NCBI GenBank assembly: GCA_047495785.1
Contig: JBLDXI010000031.1
Location: 186,001-250,000 of the forward strand
Direction of reading: 5' to 3'
DNA length: 64,000 bases
From: Lepidodermella squamata
Taxonomy: Eukaryota > Animalia > Gastrotricha
A model generated the notes under the pieces. It did not search any database. It saw only the letters and a list, made by a program, of their open reading frames with translations, and had not been told where the DNA came from. Below are positions 50,679 to 62,622 of the stretch, piece by piece. The translations under genes and the position numbers were made by a program. The first letter of the stretch is position 1. Every line of letters begins with the position of its first letter.

Positions 50679-52404
50679 TCACAAATTAGATAAATATTTC
50701 GTCAGATCTGGGTTTCGTGAACTTCTAGCTAGGTCTAGAGCTGTGAAACTCGCAGATTGAGGCCGCCTTGCATTCATTGATGAAAATTGTGTCCTCAACT
50801 TAGGATCCGCTCCTTTTCCAACGAGCAATCTTACAATATCGAGCGAGCCACTTTGAGCTGCTACCATCAATGGCGTCCATTCGTAATCGTTATCATTCGC
50901 ATTCACCTCAGCTCCGGAATTGAGTAGAAATTCCACGGTTCTCAAATCACCAGCGAAAACGGCGAGATGTATCGGTCTAAAGCCATGTTCGCCTTCCTTC
51001 GAATTCACAGAGGCTCCGTACTGGCTGACGAGGAGTTGTAGCAATTCCAGATTAGGTTTACATGAAATCGAGCGCAGAACTAGGGTTGAATTTGAAATGC
51101 AACGAGTTTCACTTGCGTCACAGGTCTTCATCGGATTTCGCCATTCTACATCGAGGTAGTAACCACGGTAAAGGAAAGCAGTGAATTCGTCGATATTTCC
51201 GTCGCAAGCTAATTCAGATAGTAAACTTTGCTCTTCTTTGATAACACTCAACGCTGGCCTCTTTGAAGCAGCGATAGTACAGAGCTCAAACCAGCAATTC
51301 CTCCGATCGGCACCCCGCTGTAAGAGGAGAGCAACGACCCCTGGTTGGTTTTGGCCAGCTGCCAGGGTTAATGCTGACTCTCTTCGTAGCAAATCATTCA
51401 TAGCGAAATTCCGGCTAATCCAATCTACATCAGCCATTCGGTCCAACAGAGCTCGAACTGTAGAAACATGACCGCCATACGCTGCCCACATCAATGCAGT
51501 TCCTCCATTGGTTTCAACGGCATTAACATTCAAGCCATGAATATCGACTAAATCGGCTACTAGTTGAGTTAAACCGCTTGAAGAAGCTGCCATGAGGACG
51601 TTGAACCCGGTTGTAGTCCTTGCATTGAGATTTGCATTGTTTTGAATCAAAATCCTGGCGATTTCTAAATTCCCGCTTGATGCAGCGTAAATAAGGGCTG
51701 TTTCATTTGAAATGGTCCTTGCATTAACGCTTTGGACTCGTGTTGAAAGAATTAGCTTGACCAGGTTGACCATTCCACTTCTCGATGCTGCCATCAGTAA
51801 GTTGAGTCCATTATCATCAACTACCGAAATGTCAGCCTCGTAGGATAGCAGTAGATCGACGATATTCTTGAATCCATTTTTGGCCGCTGATAAAATTGGC
51901 ACTGAGCCAAAATCATCTCTCCTGTTAACTTGAGCTCCGTTTTCTAGCAGAATCTTCGTAGTCTCCAAATTCCCTCTCTCCACTGCTAAATGAAGGGCTG
52001 TAAAGCCTTGATCAATTTCGGCGGGGTTAACATCAGCCTTATATCGCTGAACAAGCGTTTTGATGAAAGCTGAGCTCTGATTACAGTTCACAGCTCGAAG
52101 TAGTAGGGTGGCATTTTTGAGACAGTAGAATGGCGCAAGTCGGCCGCATTCGCAAACGCGTTTAAGTCGCCGCCAGTTAATGTCAAAATAACTGGTGTAA
52201 CGATTCATCAACTCTCGAATTTTAGCTTCATCTCCCGAGGCTCCTGCGTTAGATAGGCTGTTTTGTAGGGACGAAAGCTAGGCGGAAGAAAAATTTGCAG
52301 GTGGCGAATTGGACTTATGGACTAATTGTTACCTCAATACCACCATCTTGGGCTTTGGTTTGTGAAATGGCACCTGCTATAAGTAAGAGTATAATATGAT
52401 GCAT
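50679..52404 (-). CDS. Ankyrin-repeat protein with a predicted signal peptide
   Basis: Exon 52404-52333 (MHHIILLLIAGAISQTKAQDGGIE) splices in frame to 52277-50679; many GxTALHLA/TPLMxAA repeats. Confidence 0.85.
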
Positions 52405-52728
52405 GATGAATTTCACACTGCGGGAAATGCACGAGCAGTGCATTAAAGTGTTGCTGACCGCAGGTTATGATGAATTACGTGCCTCGGTACTGGCTAGATT
52501 TGAGTGGTCATTTGATAGCCCGCGCGACGTAGCGTGAGATCCCGGCTGTTCTAATCTTTAATTTCTTGTTTACTACGGCTTATGAGTATTTTTCATCATC
52601 AAGGCACATAGGTGACATCAAACTCATTAATTCAACGAGGTGATGACTAAAGTGCCATGGCCATTCATGCATAACAAACTCGCAATGGGCTCTATTAGAG
52701 TGTTGTGGTTTTGCCTTTTATTATCTAA

Positions 52729-55038
52729 CTAAGCATCATTCTTATGCCTGTTAGTTTTGATTATAAGAGCAATGAAAGCTAAAAGCCGGAAGCCAAAAAT
52801 AAGGGCGGCCAAAGCTCCGATATCTCGAAAAACGTTATCAGCCGAGAAGCCGTAGTTATCCAAAATTCCCTCGCCATCTTTGAAACAGGATTGCGGGTCA
52901 GGCAGTTCGCAGGTCAGTTCAGTTACGCTTGACCATTGGTTGACTTGGATCAACTCGTTAGCGTAATACTGAGGTGAAATGAACGTCATCCATCGAATGT
53001 ACCACGGCATACCAGGAATGCTGATGTAGACACCGGAAATGTGCGAGATGATAGGTCCCTATGTCAGAATTGTTACAAATTGTAATATTCAAGGGGTTAA
53101 AGTTACCAATCCTCGCCGGACTTGATTTGAAATAGCAGGGTGATCAAACGCAAAACCGACCAAGTAACCGATACCCGAAGAGCACCAACCAGCTGCAGCA
53201 TGAATAAGAACACATCGAAAGAAAAGTTCGACCGACCCAACCATATTAACAGTCGGATAGATTATCGAAACAAAAACAAGTGAATTCATGAAAATCTGGG
53301 GAACTTCGAGTGCCATTCTTGCGAAAAAGTACGCAAACGGCGAGTAAAGCCTAGCTTGCTGCTCTCGAAAATAAATCGGAGCTTCTTTCGGAATGTCAAC
53401 TGCATATGTATCGATATTCTCCCAAGCTAGACGTCGGAAGTAATTAAATGTCCGAAATTAGGTCAAAAACTCACTTGAAATCGATTGCATTTGATAGGCT
53501 ACTCCAAACAAATTGAGAGCTCCTTTTTGATTGTAGCTTTGATTAACAAAACTTGCTGCATAGACAAAGGCCATGAACAGAATCATAATAGACCGTCTTA
53601 TGAAGTTATCCTTCGATCGCACAACGACTTTAAAGGCCCGCCACACGCACATTTTGTACTGTTCAAAAATCGAAGCCCTAGCTTGTTCGTTTTGTTTCAA
53701 CTCGAATTTCGTCTTCGAGATAACAGCACGCGCTGCTTCGTAAGTTTTTATATACTTGCTCCTGCGAAACAGTTGGTCTAACGCATCTGCCTTTCGTATC
53801 GCCGCTTTGTTAAGGAGGAGCATCGACATTTCGACTTCGGTCAGTGATTCAGCCATGTCTGGAATGTCGAACGATATCAGTGGCGTCGAAATTACGGATA
53901 AAACGTGGTCGAAAGGGTTGAACGAAACAGGGCAAGGTTGGCCGATTGAGGCGAAGTATTCGGTCATAGATTTTACCGGGCCGCAATAGGCGACCCGTCC
54001 TTCTGTCATGACGATAACATCATCGAGCATAGCTACAATTTCAGACGAAGGCTGATGCAGCGTGCATACAACAGTTTTGCCTCTGTCAGCCAAATGCTTC
54101 ATCGACGAGACGATTTCAGCGGCCATGAATGAATCCAACCCTGTAGTCGGTTCGTCGCAGAAGAAAACTGTAGGGTTTGTTAGGAGTTCTGTTGCGAAGG
54201 CCAGGCGTTTTCTCTCACCGCCCGAGAGAGTTTTCTGGCCAACGAAATCGCCTGACTGGCCGCCTGTTAGACTATTCTTGCATTTTGTTAGCCCAAATTC
54301 ATGCAGGATAGTGTCTATTTTCTGATGCCTGTCCGAATCTGAATAACGATCGCTCGGCATACGCAGCTTGGCGTTGAACCACATGTGCTCATCTATGACA
54401 AAAGATGATCAAATTCAGGAGGTCCTTTGAAACAGCAATGCTGCCTTATATTAATTGAATTCTATTTAATCAAAAGACCGATCGGGAACGATGTGTTCCA
54501 CTTTCACAACTCTCAATATTGCTAGTGATATTTAGGCTTTCGCACTTTCACTGCAAGACTTACCAACTGTTAGGCCAGGGTGGAATATGTCGTCTTGCTG
54601 TACGAACGCTGAAACGCTCCGAATTTCACTGCCAATGTCCTTCCCGTTTGCTGTCACTTGCCCTCTGATCAATGAAAAACGTTACGTCGTCAACATTTAA
54701 AATTTCAAAATGCTTCAATACTCGACTGATAAGTTTCTGTTGATGCGTCCGGTTAGAATGTTCAAAAGCGTTGTCTTGCCAGCTCCACTGCTTCCAATGA
54801 TTGCCAGAATACTACCCGGCTTCGCAACGCCATAAACATTTCGCAGCAAAGGTTTATACAGTGTTGTTTGGACTTTGGTTGAATCCAGACCCAAAGCAGA
54901 CCCGAGCCTTTGCTTGATGCCTACTGGTTTATCGGCTATCGGCAGTTTCACACTCAAATCGGACCATGAGAGGGCTACCCGGTTCGAAGGCGGTGTGTAG
55001 CTCGAATACTGACCGATTTCTAACTCATCAGATGCCAT
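52729..55038 (-). CDS. ABCG half-transporter, white/scarlet-like
   Basis: Multi-exon; Walker A GSSGAGKTT, FVQQDD, LSGGERKRLAFA, FCDEPTTGLDS, CTLHQPS; C-terminal TMD with YFREQQARLYS and IPGMPWYIRW. Confidence 0.93.
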
Positions 55039-55468
55039 TCTTGGTTATGCGGGATGGTGTAAAAAAAACTGTTTTGACTGATATTTCCCTTCCTATCAAA
55101 ACTTGACACTGGACACTTCTTATCTTCACGATTTTTTTACGTTCTCGGTGATAAGCTTCGATGAAAATTATCACTCGTACTGCGTTGATCTCAACTACTG
55201 TGATTGAGCACGTGGTCGTCATACAAGTTCTCACTATTATTTGAACGCAGTATTTACGTCATTGTGATGCTTTTCCGTGAGCCTGGTCATTAAAATTAGA
55301 ACGGCAGAGTAGCAATCATGGCTTTTTAACTTGAGCGAAGGAAATTAAAAGAGCAACCCACTCAAGTGAGTGCCAAACAACGTCCACCCGCCTTCCGGGT
55401 TAGAAATATATGGCCAAGTCGCGAGGCAAGCACGTTTTCTTCATTGGGACAATTATTTTTCTTAAAAA

Positions 55469-55666
55469 ATGAAACTCCTTTTATTATTAGCTTTGATTTT
55501 AAACTTGGCTCTGTGCCTTGTCATAGCGAGTCCTATATTCGACGATTTGGTCTACGGCGATGATTACGATGGGTTAGAAAACGAAGCGGTTGATATGTCT
55601 TGGTCGCCAGAGGCACGACTCACCGATCGCCTCAACTCGATGCAATCATCGCGCTGGCTGTTCTGA
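55469..55666 (+). CDS. Small secreted peptide precursor (WSP...RW family, member A), 65 aa
   Basis: Signal peptide, acidic spacer, C-terminal 24-mer homologous to 59315-59536; downstream AATAAA. Confidence 0.75.
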   Translation: MKLLLLLALILNLALCLVIASPIFDDLVYGDDYDGLENEAVDMSWSPEARLTDRLNSMQSSRWLF

Positions 55667-56451
55667 GATGGCACTGCCATGAAAGGGCTAGGTCAAGAAT
55701 ATCAACTCTTGAACTGAATAGACACACAGCAGTTAGAGTTGCACATTCATTGTAATTTGTAATCCTTAATCGACTTATGAAATAAACTTGATATTAAAGT
55801 ATATATTTCCTGTAATATTTGATATTTTCAGGCATTTTTGAGCAATAAGCAAATATTTAAGAATTTCCGGTTACAAAATGGTCCCATAAACTAGCTCAAT
55901 TGAAAATATCAATGAAAATATTGTCAACATCAAAAATTCGATAAGTAGAAATCTACTTATATCTGCGCAACTTTCGCTATGCAAACAATCTTGGCAAAAT
56001 ATGCCGTTCAGAGTTCAAAAAGGTCCTGCCATAATTTATTACTTTAAAATTGATTTTCACCCTGCTGTGAAACTGATTGATTTGTTAGTTGCGCATTTAC
56101 CACCGGATGTACTTAGGAAACGCCTTATCCCGTGCAAACAATGAAAAGTAGCCATTTGATTGTCGTTGGTTTCAAAAGCAAATTGCGCGTAGTTTTCTTT
56201 GTTCCGTAAGGAAACACTGGCTGCAAATGTTATTATTATTATTCTCGGCGTAATTTGATCAAATTTACTATTTTTGTCCATCACACGCCCGCGTACTACT
56301 TGTGGTGACGGAAAAATACAACCTAATAAAACGTAGGCGATTGCTTAGAGTAAAAATAAGCTAATCCCAGGTGCATTACTCACGCAAATAAGTCAGCTCC
56401 ATTCAAATATTCCGACTTGACTCATTCCCGCTGTTTCAAACTGGCAAAAAC

Positions 56452-56700
56452 ATGAATTTTAGCAGTTTTCTACCGAATTTTCTGTTGGTTCTCTCCGTTG
56501 CTGTTTTGATCGCCCATCAACCATGTCAAGCAGCTAAGCATAATTTGGACGTCTTTGGCCTGCAATCATTTGCCGCCCGCCAACCTGCATTATGGCTCGA
56601 CGATATTGATGCCGAGCAACCTGTCTACATCGTGATAAAGCACCCGAGACACCCGCGACGACTGAAATCGCTGCCCGAAGAGACGCTGTCTTTTAAATAG
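56452..56700 (+). CDS. Small secreted protein, 82 aa
   Basis: Signal peptide ending in CQA; single exon; AATAAA about 35 bp after the stop. Confidence 0.65.
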   Translation: MNFSSFLPNFLLVLSVAVLIAHQPCQAAKHNLDVFGLQSFAARQPALWLDDIDAEQPVYIVIKHPRHPRRLKSLPEETLSFK

Positions 56701-56886
56701 CGCCTAGTCAATGACGTGCTAAAATTATTATGAAAATAAAGAGGCCATTAACACCTAAACAACTCTTTTGAGCTGCTAATGTTTCGCAGGTCCTTTTCAG
56801 ACTATGTATAAATGTCCATTTATAAGTCAATAAAATAAAATATTCACCACATGGAATAGCAAAGTGTTGTGTTTTCTCTCAAGAAG

Positions 56887-58640
56887 ATGGGTGATCAGAA
56901 GTTTGATGGTAATAATTTCGTTCTCCCGTAACATTTTTTCCACGATTTTTTGTTTAGATATGCTGAAACAGATGGTGCTACAACAAATGCAGGTTCAACG
57001 GAATTTGCTGTCAAGATTTGGCGGAGTGAGATTCCAAAAGCCAATTCAGCCGCAACAGCAATTGACGCCAGTTCGCAATTTAACGTCAGCTAGGGGCCAC
57101 GTTGAGCTGCCTCAGATTATGACACCACAACCAATACAGCCTAGACCTGTAAGTAGTACTGCTGGTGGGAATCTCTACAGCGACATGCGCCGCATTGATG
57201 GTCAGATGATGCATATGCCATCTGGCTTTCCGCTGTTCGAAGGAGTGTTTGAAGTCACGCCACTTGAGCTTCCAAAATGTAAGTCGTGACTTCGCGAAAT
57301 TTTGTAAATTTGAGTTTGAAAATGCGCAGATCGAAATTATTTCCGGAAGAAAGAAGAACGACAAGCGATAGACTGGGAGTCTAAAATCCAGAGTTGGTGG
57401 AAGCGAGATCGTGAGTTTGCTTTCTCATGACTCATGAATCGGCTTTCATCTTTCATAAATAATCAGGCACTGCTATTAAGCTCCGCCATATGTTCTATGC
57501 TGCTTGGTGGTTAGCTTTTCTCAAGACGAATCTGGCAGCGGTGCGTGAAATCTTTGTTTCATATCATTGTTGAAACTATGTTCTTAGAATGGTAAAGAGT
57601 ATGAAACGGTCGATACAAAAGAAGAGGCCTTCCTTTTTGAAATTACCGTTAAAGAAATAATTGGAGCTATTCACAAAATTTATCTTGACGTAAGTGATTC
57701 AGGACAGGTCGAATGCATAATAGTTTTATTTTATTTGCAGAGAGATTCAGAGATTTTCCGATTGGTGCGAAATATCTTGAAAACTAGGGATATGACAGTT
57801 GTGCTAAGAACGCCCGGGCCATGGCGTTTGACAGGCCCGCCACAGCAGGGTGATCCCATTGCTCAACAGCGGCAGATCGAGTTCCAACTAGCGATTCAGG
57901 ACATCGTCTACCTGATGGAGAACCTCATCTACCAAATCACATACATCATGCCAATAACAGGCGTTCTTGGTACTCATATGAAGTCTTACGTGTATGCTCT
58001 AATTCAAAACGGCCAGCTATTCCCCATCAACGAATTCTGGGATATAGAACGAGTAAGCATTGTTTGTTCCTCCGATATTTCCTCATGAAGATTTTTCAGA
58101 AAAGGTTAAAATTCAATTTCACCGGCCGAACGACTAACGTTGGCAATCAAGAAGCCGCTATGCTGTTAAAAATGGTCTTCCTAGCTCGAGGCTTGGTTTG
58201 GACCCTACTTCTGAACCCTTTGGAATACGATGTGGTTCGGAAGGAGGATTTTACGAGTAAAGCTAGAGGCAATTTGCAACTTATGGCCACAATTTTCATC
58301 CTAATCTATCGACGGGCAATTTTACCAAGGAATGTCAAAACCATTTCGGTAAGTCGTTATCTATTCCATCAGAAAATGACAACTCTTTTCTTTTGTTACG
58401 AAAAGCCATTACCGCGAGAAATAGCTAGGTATCTCCTTCCAGATGATACAATGAAGCAATTGTATGAAGAACTGGAGAACTCAATGTTCTACTGTGATGT
58501 TAGCAACACTTCAAAAATTCTGATAATATGAAATACTTGTCTTTACTTAGGGTCTTTTACGAGAATGGTCCGCCGCTTACGTTCGCAAACTAAGGCAAGC
58601 ACTTCCAGCGTCATCAGTACCCACTTTTGTGCTTAATTGA
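56887..58640 (+). CDS. Multi-exon protein of unknown function
   Basis: A series of short GT-AG introns gives a continuous frame (MGDQKFDDMLKQ...WESKIQSWWKR...GLLREWSAAYVRKL...). No family recognised. Confidence 0.7.
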
Positions 58641-58720
58641 AGTGAAACAAATAAAAAAGGATTACATAATAGTTAATAGTTAATTTATTGAATTTGTCTC
58701 AAGACTGAGGCGTGTTTATT

Positions 58721-58942
58721 TCATCCTCGGTAGTCGTAGCCGAGCACCGGCCGGTTTCGTATAGCCGTCTTCAAATTCCGCCTATGATGATAGGAGTTAC
58801 CCTTTTGCGGCCGTGGCTTGCCATTGTTAATCATCGTCCGATGAGAGCTAGTGTATCTACCAAATGCTTCAGTTCGTTCCAGGGTTACCAGAAGCACAAA
58901 AACAGCGAAAAACAGGAAAAAAAGCGTAGAAAAACACTTCAT
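58721..58942 (-). CDS. Small secreted cationic peptide precursor, 73 aa
   Basis: Signal peptide ending in TEA; Arg/His/Lys-rich mature part ending YDYRG. Confidence 0.68.
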   Translation of the reverse strand: MKCFSTLFFLFFAVFVLLVTLERTEAFGRYTSSHRTMINNGKPRPQKGNSYHHRRNLKTAIRNRPVLGYDYRG

Positions 58943-59314
58943 GGCTGCTTTAAAGACAAAACGTGAAATCACTAGTTGTAGTCAGCAATTGTTTGCGTGC
59001 TTGTTTCGAAATTTGCTGACCGCATATTAATTGTTCTTAATTGTTTTAGTTTAAAGTGGGCTTCACCCCCACGGAAGTGTGCGCGGTTGACCACTTGATT
59101 GATTTTTCTTTAAGGAAATTCTAGCATTATTTAGTGGCTTGCGTGCCCTATTGCGTGGTCAAATTTGCTATTAGCAACGTAGAGAGTCGGTGCCATGGAA
59201 ACAAGCATGAATCAAGCGCTGATTCACCAATTACGATCCTTAAATAACCCAGACTAATGAAATAACGATTAATTAGTATAACTTGATTTCTTATATTTCT
59301 TATCGGAAACCTTA

Positions 59315-59536
59315 ATGTTCGCCTCATTGCTCAATTTGATATTGCTGTCTAGCTGTTTGGCTATGGTGACGCGGGCAATGTTTTTGCTCCCAAATGAAGA
59401 AGACGCGGAGGCGATGCTCGATTTCTCCGGCGATGAGTTCACTAATGGCGATGCGGCGACAGATTACCGTTGGTCACCGAGCGATACATACAAAGACAAT
59501 CTGAACTTCTTCATAGCAACTCGTTGGTATCGATAA
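59315..59536 (+). CDS. Small secreted peptide precursor (WSP...RW family, member B), 73 aa
   Basis: Signal peptide, acidic spacer, C-terminal 24-mer homologous to 55469-55666; TATAA upstream and AATAAA downstream. Confidence 0.75.
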   Translation: MFASLLNLILLSSCLAMVTRAMFLLPNEEDAEAMLDFSGDEFTNGDAATDYRWSPSDTYKDNLNFFIATRWYR

Positions 59537-59796
59537 TTTAATTTTATTGAGAAGTATAAATACCTTTGATTTCAATAAAGCAATGCCATTCATTTTTAAT
59601 CGCGAGTTTTATTTCTTGAGGTGGATTTGAACTCAGGATAAGATGTTTTGTTTACTTCGACGATTGTTGGTGTAGTTGCGAGAGCATTTCAGAAGGCAAA
59701 ACGAAACATTAATAATTGATGCTAGAGGGTAAAGGAGCTTCTTCAGGTACGCAGGTCTAAAATATTTACACGTCAAGGTATCTTCAGAGAACGGAG

Positions 59797-61670
59797 CTAT
59801 CCGAGGCGCTTCCGACGTGATTCCAAAGACATTGCCAAGTCAGCTGTGTTTAAAACAAGGCTTGGCAGCAGGTTGCCAACCAATGACTTGATGTCGTCCT
59901 CAGTGATTGAAGTTGGCACGTACTCGATAGAATCCCAGGACTTCGACCTGAAAAAGTTGGACTTCGAGTGGCTGCGAATGATCATAGTCGGCGCCAGTTG
60001 GAAATTGACATGCATTGCAATATGGGCGAAGTCGTATTTCGGAATGCCAGCATATCCTTCCCTTTGCTGAAATGCGACTGCAAGAACTTTACACCTATGA
60101 GAAGCAATTGGGTCGTTCCACGCGTTGCGGACAGACAAAAATGACAAAATCGAAAATTTCAATTGAATCTCTAAAGTTTCAAAACAGTCTCAACACGGGA
60201 AACTTAGGGGAATTTTAAAGCTCTAGCTTCAGTCTTTCAAAATAATATTTTTTCAGATTTTAGAGACTGTTTTTCCGGGTAAAAAAATTGGTCTAAACGT
60301 CATGTTGCGGACAGACATTTTCAACATGTAAATTTTGGGTATTACATTTTATTACTGTTTCTCCTTATATAAAATGGTATGGTGATAGGAATCATTGTGT
60401 TTCTAAGACCGTAGACTGACTGAATCACTGAATTTTGGGGAAAATTTGGTGCACTTCGTTCAACATGGTCTACATTCGAAAAAAACCATGTTGCGGACAG
60501 ACGTTGCGGACAGACATTACCCTTTTGAGAAAGGGTGGCGGCATGAAGTTTTCGTCTATCCCACTCAAAAAATATGCATTCGATAGAGCTAGGTTCACTT
60601 AATAAGTCAAACACTATGGAGCGGACCTGTTAGTCTTTTGTAAATTTTGCGGAATTTAAAAAGAAAACTAAATGAAAAAAACGAATTTTCAGCACTTTGC
60701 AACAATATTTTTTACTTACTGAAACGTTTCAAATCTTGTTTTTGATGGGTTGACTTTAAATAAAAAAATAGCCTCCATGACCATCCCAACGCGCGATGGT
60801 AGTTTTTTTTGCGAAAATGTGGTTTGACGTGTCTGTCCGCAACATTTGACATGTCTGTCCGCAACACCGTCAAATCAGGTGGGTAGGTAAATTTTTGGGC
60901 GTTTTGATGTAGTTCAAAAAATTCCTCGGTTCAAATAAGGGCGATGTTGGGTGTTTCCAAACAACTTTAAGCATTAATGTATTTTTGGGGAATTAAATAG
61001 AGGCTTTTTTGTTGCGGACAGACATTTGCAACAAAGTCATGGAATCACCCAATTTTTAGGAGATTTCATAGATTTCATAGATTTCAGATGTTAAACTCAC
61101 GTTCCCCCGGTAGTGTCCTTGTACATGAAGTAAATTCGATGGTGATCGTACTCTTCCGCACCCTTCCCAGCGCTTGGATCTCCCAGAAACTCGAGAACAC
61201 GGTGCCAGAAGAACCGTTCAAGCTCAGATGGGGCTGTTTGCGCTTCTTTTGTGAAAACATCCTTTAATGTGGCGTAGTAAACACCTCGTGCTGACTCGCG
61301 ACTGCCTGCAACTTCGATGAACGAGAAACCCGGCTGTCTAGCTATTTTCTTCAACTGCAAAGAAAAGTTACAATGTTACTTTATAATTCATCAGAAAAAA
61401 ACATTTATCACCTCGGTTTTCGAAGTTGATTGAATTGTATCGCGAATCTTCTGAAGAGCCTCAGCGTATGCCGATAATTCGTTCGGCGTAGTAGCCTGCC
61501 ATCCTGCCTCTGATTTGAATTTTAAAATGATTAAAACTGGCGATTCGTGCCAACCATATCTACATGCCTGGTTTATCTGCATTCGGCGGCTCAGCTTCCT
61601 CGTCGTTCGCTCTTGCTCGGCTGGCAAAGCAGAGAGCAACAAAAGCAAAATAAAAAGCGAAAAGCTTCAT
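59797..61670 (-). CDS. Secreted protein of unknown function (4 exons)
   Basis: Signal peptide MKLFAFYFAFVALCFASRARA. Exons join in frame if intron 1 uses a GC donor; intron 3 carries a transposon. Confidence 0.72.
60110..61050. mobile_element. Non-autonomous TIR element with 4-bp TSD (Sola-like)
   Basis: Ends GGGTCGTTCCACG / CATGGAATCACCC; AATT TSD; seven copies of GTTGCGGACAGAC in both orientations. Superfamily assignment is tentative. Confidence 0.75.
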
Positions 61671-61995
61671 GTTTGGAAAACAATTTTTCTCAAATTGTTT
61701 AGAAAATAACAGGGAAACAATCTCTTTTATAGCGCTGAATTTGAATAGTCACGAGTTTCAATGTCGAACTTTACTTAGAACCGGAAATGTTCACGCTAAT
61801 TTATACGATGAGTCAGAAAAAACAGCATCATATCATTTCCCTTTGCTTGATGAATTGAAACAAGAATGAATGATAATCACGAAAAAGGTCATTAAAATCC
61901 CGCCCCGATGAGTCGTTTCAAAACAAACACTGAACTTGCTGAATTTAGAAACAATATAAAACGGGCTGTGTTGGGTAGCAAGTTATCAGAGCTTG

Positions 61996-62622
61996 ATGAA
62001 ATCACTAGCTATATTGTTAATTTGGCTTGTTAACGCGCTTGGCGCCAATGGTGCATGGAGCGTTAAACGATCAAGCTCCTTAGCAGAAAACGCTCTGCCT
62101 CTGCAAATCGGCCCAGTCTCCACAGCAGTCTACGATGGCAAGGTCAATCTCGCGAGATTGTTCGCGACAGCCGAGTTGTTGAAGCAAAAGATACTTCGGC
62201 AACTTACCGGCCGTGTAGATTGGATAAACGACGCGCAAGTCATTGCATTCCTCGACCGGGCAGTTCTGCTCATCCAGACCAGCGATGGCTACGAGGGGAT
62301 TCGACTGCGTCAAGAAATCCGGCCGAATGACATGTCATACGTCGTGATTATCAGCGTCGTATCATCTCTGGACGCAAGCGGCATTATTCATGTTGAGGTT
62401 GCTGCTCTTGAAGCTAAGGCTTCGGTCACGGCGAAGAGCAATATTATCCAGACGAATGTCAAGAAGCATCCGTGGTGGAAGGGTCGCAAGCCAACTATAA
62501 CGCACGACATAGTGGGACAACATGATCGTGGTATCACCGATGCTGAGTTTCTGCATGTTCAGAACACGCTGCTCGCAGCACTGCGAAGCCATCCATTTTA
62601 TCAAGCGATTAGCTCTTCGTGA
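61996..62622 (+). CDS. Secreted protein of unknown function, 208 aa
   Basis: Signal peptide MKSLAILLIWLVNALGANG; intronless ORF; TATAAAA about 40 bp upstream. Confidence 0.8.
   Translation: MKSLAILLIWLVNALGANGAWSVKRSSSLAENALPLQIGPVSTAVYDGKVNLARLFATAELLKQKILRQLTGRVDWINDAQVIAFLDRAVLLIQTSDGYEGIRLRQEIRPNDMSYVVIISVVSSLDASGIIHVEVAALEAKASVTAKSNIIQTNVKKHPWWKGRKPTITHDIVGQHDRGITDAEFLHVQNTLLAALRSHPFYQAISSS

Noticed and set aside
60124-61025. Spaced GTTGCGGACAGAC repeats resembling a CRISPR array
   Set aside because: Too short, irregularly spaced, in both orientations, inside a TIR/TSD element in a eukaryotic intron, and no cas genes.
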